From: Schmidtea polychroa
Lineage: Eukaryota
DNA length: 64,000 nucleotides
Assembly: GCA_044892525.1 (NCBI GenBank)
Contig: CM097887.1
Coordinates: 101,906,397 to 101,970,396, forward strand
Direction of reading: 5' to 3'
Shown here: positions 27,899 through 38,607 of the stretch, one piece after another
Position numbering within the stretch: the stretch's first letter is position 1
Layout of the letters: every line of letters starts with the position of its first letter
Notes under the pieces: generated by a model
What the model was told of the DNA's origin: nothing
Database searches by the model: none
The model's input: the letters and a program-made list of their open reading frames with translations, nothing else
Made by a program: the position numbers and the translations under genes

Positions 27899-28534
27899 TT
27901 ATTTATTGCACCATATTGTATTAAATTTATAAAAGTGAAAAGGTGCATGCAACGAAGTAAAAATAAAGTCATTGATGAAGAATAAAGTAAAATCTATTTT
28001 TTCAGAGATAAATTTAATTAATAAATAATTGATTTTATTACCTTTTAATATATTTTCTAGTATATCCCATTTATTCAATTCGTCTGAAGCCAACTCATTT
28101 CCAATAAAAATAAATTTAACAGTAGTGTTTTTTAATTCCTCAAAACTGTTAGCACTTAAAGAGAGAACAACAATTTTCGCTAATTTTTCAGAATTCTTAC
28201 AACTTTTGATTAATTTTTCCATACAACTTTTAAATGCTTCTTCTGATTGTGAATTAACTAGAATAAAAACGAAATCTGATTTTCTGAGAAATTTTTTCTC
28301 AAATTGATCGAATTTTAATTTGTAAGCTGATCCAATGGTATCATCAACGTCTAATTTACAATTCCAAACGGACATTCTTTCACGTAATTCAGAAATAGAG
28401 TTTTCAATTTCTTCATTTTCTACATGTAATTTGTGAAATTTTTTGATGTAATTCCTCGGAATTAATGAGTAGATGTTTAAAGACATATTATATCTATGAT
28501 ATAGGCATTTTAACAATAGTTTATTCCAATCCAA
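27899..28534 (-). CDS. Probable internal exon of an unidentified host gene with an alpha/beta-domain-like sequence
   Basis: 211-codon stop-free frame with a plausible donor (LKG, g|gtaat) near 28040. No transposon motifs. The full gene model could not be resolved. Confidence 0.5.
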   Translation of the reverse strand: MDWNKLLLKCLYHRYNMSLNIYSLIPRNYIKKFHKLHVENEEIENSISELRERMSVWNCKLDVDDTIGSAYKLKFDQFEKKFLRKSDFVFILVNSQSEEAFKSCMEKLIKSCKNSEKLAKIVVLSLSANSFEELKNTTVKFIFIGNELASDELNKWDILENILKGNKINYLLIKFISEKIDFTLFFINDFIFTSLHAPFHFYKFNTIWCNK

Positions 28535-29654
28535 AGAAAATCATAGGTTCTACGAAAATCTAAAATCATTAAATTGAGTCCGCTGAGGGTTTCATGTGCA
28601 AAAACATGCCACTTCTCAAATCCTAATTAATGCATACATTACCATTACACATGTACCATTGGTGATCGATTTGTCAATTTGTACAAATGACGACTGATGA
28701 AAACTGTTTGCAGATGTGTTTGTGTGTTCGCATACAGAAAATTCTCTAACTTTAGTGTGCTTCAGTGTTTCGGTAGTAATCATTTTCAAATCTCAATGGG
28801 AAGGACAGTCCAAAATCAAATGGATTTTTTGAATTGCGCACCTCAAAGAAATTAATTTTTTAAATTTTATTCTTAAAGTGCAAATAAATTGGTGAAAATT
28901 CTTCAATGAAAAATATTTAAATCATTTCTAAATAAATAAATTCAAGTTTTTTAAAATTTAATATCTAGAGCAATAAGAATTATAGAATGTATTATATGTC
29001 GCAAACTTCTTTATAAACGGAAATCCGTGTCTATTTGTCTGAAACAAGGAGAACTCTTGTACTGACCTCGGAAATCATGAAATTGCATAGTTTATTCATG
29101 CTGAAATTTATAAGTCAACTCATCTATATATTCAGCTTTCTAAATCGTTCCTTTTCATAGTTGAGTATGTTGTGGTTATACCAAATACGTAAAATAAAAT
29201 AAATAATTACAAATTGTTATAATCAATTTAAGAAATTAATTAAAATTCGAAAAAAGTAAAAAATCAATATTTTTCAGTGGGGATTAGAAACCGGTGATAA
29301 ATGAAATTTTGAAAATGTATAAAATAATTTTAAATCGATAAGAGGTTCCTAGAAGGGTCAGGAACAAAAAACAAATTAATTAATTTATAAATAGATTTTT
29401 AAAGCAGGCCTATTAATCATGGAAGACCTAGCTGAACATAAGCTTAATTGGTCGCTAAATAAAATTGGGGAAAACAAATTTGATATTGGATGAGTGTCTC
29501 ATATCAGCCTAATTGGGTGATAAAATATTGAGGGAAGTTAACCAAAATATTTTATGGGCAGTTAGAGATTTGATTTACATGGAATAATATAGTAGCGAGT
29601 ACGATAATGAATAAATAATAAAATATACGCAAAAATAATAAATCAATGGATTTA

Positions 29655-32600
29655 CTACAAATTGATAAAATTTAGTTTGTAAACTATGGGAAATTTCGAT
29701 AAACCACCATACATAATGAACGAGTTCCACTAATATACCCAATATATTACTCACAATACACAATAACATACATTTTCATCACCAATTAAATATGCCTGTG
29801 AATAATATATTTTTATGCATAAGGAATATGATAAATTTATTACGTTGTCATCATTCACAGAGATGTTCTTTTAAGTGCTATGAAAAGTAATAAATTCTTC
29901 GTGGTTTTTGAAATATGGAAACCCTTTCTGAACTAGTTCCGCTAAGCAGGTACATGCAGTTGAAGGCAGACTTAAAATCAGAAATGTTTAGAGAGATAAA
30001 TATCAAGATAAGCTAACTGTGAGTGATCACAAGCTAAAATAAAACATAGACCTACTCGTGAGGTTTCCTGCCTTATTGCTTAAAAATAAAGTGCATAAAC
30101 AGTGAACAAATTGTTATTGTTTAGTGTTTTCAAATCAAATAAACTTATTGCGTTGAGTTAGGGGTTGATTTATAAAAGGAAACACGGGGTTTGAGATCAT
30201 AATCCCGACTAACCAAATATAGACTAACACTAAGCTAAAAAACCAAAGCTTGGATTACCTTAACTTTCAGGTATCTAAATTTTAAGAAAAGTTTTTACAG
30301 ATTTATGCTAGAACCCAATCTTCAAACAAAAAACAAAATTAAAACATTTTATATGATTATTGCGTTTGTTTTATTCTCACTAAAACTATTTCTATTTTTC
30401 TATAATAGATTCCTTAATTTTTGTCATTATTAGCTGGGTTACCCGTGGCAATATAAGTTGTGTTGTAAAATTGTTTTTCAGTAAAACGTAGTTGTATTTC
30501 AGCACGTTGTTGATCTTGGCGATATTTGGGTCTAAGTATGTTGTCAATAATCTGGAGCTGTGCGACAGAGAAAATCTTACCTAGCTTTGACCTGGGCAGT
30601 CATTAAAGTACAAATTTCTGGTATAAAAACTAACATAAGCACTTGAACCTCAATCATTAATAGTTGATAGCTATGTCACTTCTCTCCATTGACAATCTCG
30701 TCCTGTGTAAAAGTGGAAGATATCTTCAGAAAATTGGATTTGTATTGCGAGCATACAGGCAGACACACATTCACGATTATATATTAGATTTTGAGGTGTC
30801 CTTTATTCCTACATTTAAATTGCCTTTAGTTTAAATTTGTTATATAAGAATCAGTCTCACCGCTATTACCCAGTGAGTGAGGTGTATAATGGACAATGAA
30901 ATCAATATATCAAAGACACCGAATCCTAATCAAAAGAAAAATAGAAGCAAATAAAAAGTAAAAGCTCAAATGAAACAAACAAATAAAAAGATTAGATTTA
31001 TTAACATATAAATCACAAAGCCCAATAATAAACATTTTCATCACCAATCAAATATGCCTGCAAATAAGATATATTTTATGCATGAGGAATATGATAAATT
31101 CGTTACGTTGTCATCATTCACGGTGATGTTCTTTAAAGTACTATCAAAAGTATTAAATTCCTCGTGGTTATTGAAATCTGGATAACCTTTCTGAATATTT
31201 ATATAGTCGATGTCTATCAGAATAGAATGATTACTTTTATCTTATATACATAAATCTTTCCGTCAGATAATAGAACAAAAACCTTGTTATAATTAACTGC
31301 AATTCTCCTTATCTGTGATTCAACTTTGTGAGAATTGGATTTTGAAATCGTCTGAAATACTTGGATGGAAATTGAATAGTAATAATAATAAATTTTACAT
31401 TTCTATTAATGATATTAATGAACATGTCTGAATACGTCAGTATATATGAGCCACCAGGTAGGAAAATCATATCATAAACATTTCCGGATGAATAAGAAAT
31501 AATGGGGAATGGGTCAGACGATTCATCGCCTGGCTGATAAATGTTCCCATCTTTACATCCCATCAAAATTACGGATTTACCTTTAAATTTCAACTTGATA
31601 CTCGACTGGACATACGAACCAGTAATTTTTATAACACCCAAAAAACTAAAATCACTCAATCTAAAAGTATAAAATGACCCGGATATCAATCCAATAAAAA
31701 TTTCTTGATCTATGCATTTTAGCGAAGTGATTTCTGAACCAAATATTTCACTGTAAATGACTTTGTTAGAATCCTAGAATAAAATTAATAATTCAAAATC
31801 GATCTTGATTAAAACAAGTGAATTGAAATATAGTGTATCCGAATTTTGTGAACATTATTATTGTGTAACCAAATAAAGGACACGGGAAATCATATTTTAA
31901 ATATAATCAATATAAAAGTCAGTAAATCAATATAATATAAACGTCGATAAATCAATACAATATAAAAATCGATAAATCAATATAACATAAAAATTGATAA
32001 ATCAATATAATATAAAAGACGATAAATCAATATATTATAAAAATCGATAAATCAATATAATATAAAAGCCGATAAATCAATATAATATAAAAATAGCAAA
32101 ATTATGAAAATCGAAAAACGATTTTCTTTTTAATAATTCAAAAATAATTATCAAAAATTAAAAACATACCAAATTAAAATAGACGAAATATTCTGCAGAG
32201 CTTGCCAATATGATTTGCATATTATTCGTAGCTGTAACGACGAGATGGTTAATCACTCCATCTTTGAAATCGATGAATTTCGAAATGATTTTTAAATTCT
32301 ATAAGTAGTAATCAAGACTCTGAATATAAATGAAATCAATCATACATGTTTATTTCTCAATTGTATCATTCCTTTATTTCCTGAGATTAAAATTCCAGGT
32401 TTAATGTCCAATATTTGAGATAGTAATCGTTTCTTAAACTGTAAAATAATCGGGATTTGACTTTTACTTTCAAAAGAATTTTCAGTTCGTTTTCTTTTTA
32501 ATGGCGTATCTTGTACTGATGCATCGGATTGATTACTTTTTGATTGGTTTAAAAATGCATTTTTCTCATTACATTGAATCTGTTCATTTTGTAAAATATT

Positions 32601-33263
32601 GTTATTACTTTCCACTCGTTTTCTTTTCAATGGTAAATTTTGTACAGATGCGTCAGATTGATTTAAAGGCGTTGTTTCATTATTACACTGGTTTTGTTCG
32701 GTTTTTAAATGTTGATTATTGCTTGCAATCTGATCTACGTCTAAGTCTCTGAAATTGCTTAATGTATTTAAATATATATTTAATGTATTTAAATCTTAAA
32801 ACAAACTGTGATTGATTATTATCATTAATATGACATTCATTATTTGTAGAATTAAAATTATACGATGCCAATGATTCTGTAGTACTATTTTCAAACATTT
32901 CTCCTTTAATAGCAATATGCCGAAAACTTGGTTCTTCGTCACAATTAGAACTTATTTCTGATTATAATATAAATATAAAAATTTTAAATAGTTACTTACC
33001 CCTAACTAACTTAGTTCGTTTATTTTTTAATATAAGTTTTGTCTGAATTAACTAATTAATAAGATTTTATGACTAATCCATATTTATTAAAATATTACTT
33101 GATTTATTGAATTATTTAAAGTATGGATTGCAAATTGGTACGGTTTAATAAAACTTTCACAGTTATAAAGTTCCACTCTTTGAATTTTTATATCATTTCT
33201 TATTTGATCTAATTGGGTTGAAATTTCTTGTATTTCAGAATAAGCTGACTTATCATAATCCAT
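29655..33263 (-). CDS. Uncharacterised protein with N-terminal helical/coiled-coil segment, low-complexity linker with two NLS-like repeats, and C-terminal beta-propeller (WD40-like) region; about 10 exons
   Basis: ATG at 33263 followed by phase-compatible GT-AG exons. Peptides include EIQEISTQLDQIRNDIK, NQSDASVQ..PLKRKR.E (twice), ITSLKCIDQEIFIGLISGSFY, VILMGCKDGNIY, VFVLLSDGKIYVY and FIMYGGLSKFPIVYKL. Stop at 29655. Confidence 0.75.
29772..29927 (-). pseudogene. Intronic duplicate of an 84-nt exon plus a 24-nt micro-exon; the 84-nt copy has an in-frame stop
   Basis: Aligns with 31034-31190. Splice sites are retained and codon 19 changed tta to taa (29871-29873). Confidence 0.8.
31921..32093. 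repeat. 25-bp minisatellite, about 7 copies, intronic
   Basis: Unit gataaatcaatataatataaaaatc starts at 31946, 31971, 31996, 32021, 32046 and 32071, with a variant at 31921. Confidence 0.9.
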
Positions 33264-34420
33264 GGGTAATGGTAATTTAAATTAAACAAATATTTAAACA
33301 ATTTAATTTTATAAATTAAAAAATATAAAATCACTTGACAAAGGCTGTGCCGAAAATTCGTGAATATCAAAAAAAACATCGATATCTTTACTGATTAATA
33401 GTCAATTTTTTATTAAATAAAATGTAATTTGAAAAGAACTCAGGTAAAAATTGAAAAAGTTCTTATAATGAAATAATAAACAATTAAATGATAATTTAAG
33501 CCTTTTACTGCGAAGTATATATTAAAAAAATTCCTTTATTTTATTAAATATATACTTCACTGCAACATGCTTAAATTATCATTTAATTGTTTAACATTTA
33601 ATTAATGCTGCTGTAACTTTAAACTATAAATAAAATAATTATCATAAAATTTTCAAACAAATTCAATTTTAAAATATAATTTAAGATTCCTACAAATGCA
33701 ATTGATTTTATCATTTATGTAATATTGTAATACCTCAAAGTTCTGAATATACTGTAAAATTACAATTTCCCGAAAAAGAAAATTCTATTGGTTTGTCCGG
33801 GCATATTATCTGGAATTATGTACTTGAAAAATGTTGCTATTAGTGATACATGGTATTTTATTCTGAGTAATATTATATTCAGGTCCTTTACGGCAAGGTA
33901 ATTCCCAAGAATAAGTCCAAAAAATTAAAATGTTCAAACTTCCAAAAAAAAAATTAATGTAAACAATTTAACTTAAATTAAATCTATTTAAATTAATTTA
34001 AAATGATTATGATCATCAATTTAAATAAACTCGAATAATAATTTGTTTTCGTTGTTTTATACCCAAAACGAAGTCAATTTCAATGAAGATCATTCACATG
34101 TTTTCCCGGCCCACAGCCACCTCAAAGCAGTAAAATTTCATAAATATTGTTGGGTTAGAACCGAAAATTGAGAGTTTGTTTTAATGGATAGGAAATACAT
34201 AGAATAAAAACCGCACCAAGTTGAATTAGAATCCATGATCATACACCAAATAATACAAAATAAAGTATATAACACATTTAGAATGAGTAAAACACGTATA
34301 ATAAAATTGAGAAGCGCAAGAAGTTGCAATCGCCAACACAGTTAGGAGAAATAAAGCATTCGAAAAATCTGCTAACTACAAAATAAAATAATAATAAATA
34401 GAATAATTGATAATAAAATA

Positions 34421-35478
34421 TGTTGGGTTTTGGATTATTTCAAGTCGGTTCTCTCTGACTCCTAGTGTTCTTTAAATCAAAACAATGAACGACCCAACGT
34501 ATATTGAAACAACAGGTTCACAATTTATTATCACGCTACAATTACTGATCAAAGTTTTATACGATTCTCCGCTCGGCGTTGATGCTTTGCAAACAAATAA
34601 TATTCACCTTTTAATCCTTCAGATTCTCTTGACTCTCGTTTTCCTCGGTTTCTGTTTGGTTTGATTCCTTTTCACCTTTCCGTACTCTTAATTCTATTTC
34701 TTCTTTTCCCTACTTTCCCTAATTCGTTTACCAACTTTTCCTACAGTCTGATTCTTCGAATCCTAGCTGAGGCAAAATGCCGATTTTCTGATTTTCCCTT
34801 TGCTTATATACTCCTCGAAATCAGAATGACAAATGTTTATTGCCGAACCAATCTTTCGTTTGACATTTGCTCCTACGTATTTGCTTCGGCTGTCACCCAT
34901 AATTGGTCCAACGAATCCAGATAATTAATGGCCCTACCGGTCTTCCTACGCGCGCTATCTTCTCCTTAGTCTTTTCCCATTAATCATTGTGTCAAGCTAA
35001 TGGGCCCAATTCTTCATTCTGTTTGCTTTTCTTCTTGTTTACCCAGCTCGGGTTTCCTTTATCTCTCGGGTTCTCCATTGGCTCGGGTTTCCCATTAGCT
35101 CGGGTTTTCCATTAGCCAATTAATTAATTAATTAATGTTTTCTGTTTTTATACATTTGAATGTTTTTCGACCCTTCCTAACCATTTTCTGATAAATCCCT
35201 AATCATCCTCTTGTTGACCATTGGCTACTCTATACCTGTCCCGTTTTCCCATTCGATTTCGATGATTTTTCCATTTATTGATTTTTCTTGAATTTCCGGA
35301 TTTTTGCCTTTCGTAATTGCTTTTGGCATTTTCTAATACTGTTTCCATCACACTTTCCTTTACTATTGATTCTGTGCACGATCCCGCTTTTATTTGTCTT
35401 TTTTCTTCGCTTACTTTCTATTTGAATTATTATCCTAATTTTCATTTAAATTTTAATTTTAATTTACAGACCTCAACA
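34421..35478 (+). mobile_element. Solo-LTR-like insert, 1058 bp, with internal ctcgggtttcc repeats
   Basis: tgttgggtt...gacctcaaca termini; tctgactcc motif; aata on both flanks, nested in a 34-bp direct repeat. Confidence 0.8.
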
Positions 35479-37105
35479 AATAATAATAAATAGAATAATT
35501 GATAATAAATTAATTAATAATATGAAAAGAAATTTTAAGAAAGATTATTGGTCATATTTACATACGAAAGACCATAATCGAATTAATTAGGGATGTTATA
35601 GCTCGCATTTACATACGAAGGAGCTATGACAATGAGTGCATACTTTAAGAAAAGGAACAAGAAAATTTATTTAAAAATTTTGGTTTGATCTAATGGCAGA
35701 GAATGCATGAGTGCACATTCAAATTCAGTATAAATGCTGATTGCAAATTCAGTTGAACAACAGGTTTCAGACATATGCTCTAAGTTTTCAGTTTATGACA
35801 TCGTGGTAAGCTTGAATTTGATTTGGTAAATTTTATGCAATTTGTAATTTTTATGTAATGTTCTAAAGTAATAAATCTTTAAAATTTAATATATTTTATT
35901 TGCAATTATTATTAAATTTAGTTCTACTTATTTTTTGAAATTGTTCATTTCTCGTTTAAATTTTTAGGTTTTGAGTAATAATTTTTATTAGGTTCAACAT
36001 TTATGTTTATTAATTTTGAATAATAGTTTCGGTTGAGTGAATCTTAACATCAATCAAAGATCAGGCTTCTGATTTTATGGGTCGATGGTAGGTACACGAC
36101 ACCCTCAACTGATTTTGGGCCGTAATGTGGCGGCTTCTCCTTGAGTCCGTCGTTGTAAGTATTTTTAGTGAAACATAGGTTAGAACTAGAAATACAGGCA
36201 GGTCTCTGCTCAAATGTTTTGAAGGATAATGTGAATATTGTAAGAAATATAGAACAACATTTATTAACGGGTAAATAAGGACGGATCACTGTGCAAAATT
36301 TTGGAAGATGACATTAGAAAACATCTAGTAATGAGGACCACAATTAAATGAATACATGATAATAATCTGACAATAGAATAGATAATGAACAATGACGTTT
36401 AAGACCTACAATGTTTATAAGACCTTCTATCAGCAGTCCAGAACCCGAAAATGAAAATATCATGAGGAGTAGTTTTAGCAATGGAGCTCACTTGCTCATG
36501 GATTTTCAGCCATTGTGCACAGCACCAACATGGTCATCGCCATGGGTACACAGATGATATTAGCACAATAGTCATGAGGGCGTTTAGGTAGGAGTCGATT
36601 CAACATCTATAAGTACCCCTAACACTTTTAAAAATAAAATGACACACCTCTAAGCGCCAACAATATATATAAACGGGATAAACAGGGAGTGGTAGTTGGC
36701 ACTAGAGAGTTCATTAAAATTGTCACAATACAATATTCAAGAGCGATTTGTATTTGGCCAACTACTCAATAAAAACTAAATCCGTATGAATTTCATTGGA
36801 GAACGTGGGCTTTCATTAAATTATTTACGCTGCTACTGAAGATTGATCAAAAAAAATTTCCATTCGCACTTTATTTAATAAGCCCTAAATAGAAATCTCT
36901 TTCTGAAACACCTTCAGTACCTACATTATTACAAGACCTGGTGTACAGATAAATGTAAGTTTCCCACCAGTTGAGAACCTCGAAATCAAAACTGTATGAG
37001 AAACCCAATAAAATTGTTAACATACATTACAACATGATTTTAAAATAAAAAAAATCATTTGATCAAATACTAATAAAACAAACAATTTTATTTATTATTA
37101 CAATT

Positions 37106-38607
37106 TCACAAGATCTCCATCATCTCCACAGATGAATCAGATTTATCAAAGATTCCATCTTTTCCAGGATCTTCATCATTTTCTAATTGACAATAATACA
37201 AACTCTTAATTGCAAATTTTTACCTATAACTGTAGATTTCAAGTCTTTCAAAGCCACCAAAAATAACCGAAACTGTTTTCTTCGAAACTCAATCTGAAAA
37301 AAAAACCCAATTTAGATATGTTTGCTATATTGCGTAACTAAACTCTCAAAGGATAATGAGAAGTGTAAGAAATTTTATTCCCAATTCTTCAAAAAAATTA
37401 TATGAACAAGACATCAACGGCTTTTCAGACATTAGTTTAGTTGTACCATCAAGTAAAAGAGTTAGTTGTTGGCGTACTATTACTGTAAAAAACTTTGAAT
37501 CAATACATCACGACGTAAATAAACTTTTGTAAAGACACAAGCTTCAAATAACTCTAATTATTAAATAAATAACCTTAAATTAATTCATCAATTGAATCTA
37601 CCCCTTTAAGGCATTATTATTTGACGTATATATGTCAAATATTCTTTAATTAAAAAAACGACTTGAAATAAATCATTTTTCTACCGACTAATTTAATTGA
37701 TAAAAAATAAGCCAATTTTTGAACAATATCCTTAATTAGAATTGTATTTTATAATCATATATTAGTTGTATTTTAGTGACCGTATCCACATGTTTCATAA
37801 TCTATTTTTTGAGAATTTAGAGGCTTGTTATAAAATTATCCTATATACTCATAATGTCATTTTAAAATTATAGATATTACAATTCTTCGATAAAATATAC
37901 CTTTCTGTCCATTGCATTATTTTCACTCTGTAATAATTTTAACTTTGCATTTATTTCTTTCAGCTTCCTTAATTAAAATACTTTATCATTGTAAAATAAC
38001 ATAAAAATTTTTACAGTGTCGATTCATCCCGACTTGGATGTTGAAGAATTATTTTTGCCAAATTATTATATTCTATATAAATTACGTTAAACTGCAAAAA
38101 ACAAATATTAATTACCAATCCTATTTTTTCTAATTTTTTTAGCATTAAACAAATTTTCATGGCAAATTTTAATTTTTTCTTGGGCTAATTCAATTTTCTT
38201 ATCTATTTTACATTAAAACGACATATTAGAATATATCAATACCAATATTAGAGCACAATTCTTTGTAAACTATTTGTTGTTCATTATTCGCTACATAAAC
38301 GAATAGATTGTGAATCATAGCTTGTTTACATTGTAGCATCACACAAATTAATGAATTGTAAAAATCCAGTCTAAACTATAAAATGATTATATATATAACT
38401 TAAATAAAATTTACCTTTTATCTGAAGAAGGCTCAACTTGACAGAATCGAAGGAATGATTTAAGTAAAAAATGCATTCGTTTATCATCATTCCCACTATC
38501 GCCTTCCACGACTAATTTCCTTCTAATTATTTCTTCTGTATAGATTTACATATTAATATGCTGAAAAATTTTTAAATTTCTAAATTACCATCTGAGATTG
38601 CATCCAT
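37106..38607 (-). CDS. THOC7: THO complex subunit 7
   Basis: Spliced translation MDAISDEEIIRRKLVVEGDSGNDDKRMHFLLKSFLRFC...AKKIRKNRIEYNNLAKIILQHPSRDEST...IEFRRKQFRLFL...ENDED matches THOC7 motifs (IRKRLLIDGDG.GDDRR; KRIRKNRQEYDALAKVI.HP.R; LELRRKQF). Confidence 0.92.

Noticed and set aside
30430-30760. Helitron 3' end or helicase relic
   Set aside because: There is a terminal-like acgggtaacccagctaa on the minus strand, but no convincing hairpin or Pif1 motifs.
36050-37010. Possible additional gene (ORF 36050-36289 minus, and several short GC-richer frames on plus)
   Set aside because: I could not build a phase-consistent exon chain on either strand or recognise a family, so it is left unannotated.
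37321-37560. Extra coding exon inside THOC7
   Set aside because: The THOC7 alignment is continuous without it (MDRK spliced to IEFRRKQF), and its frames contain stops.
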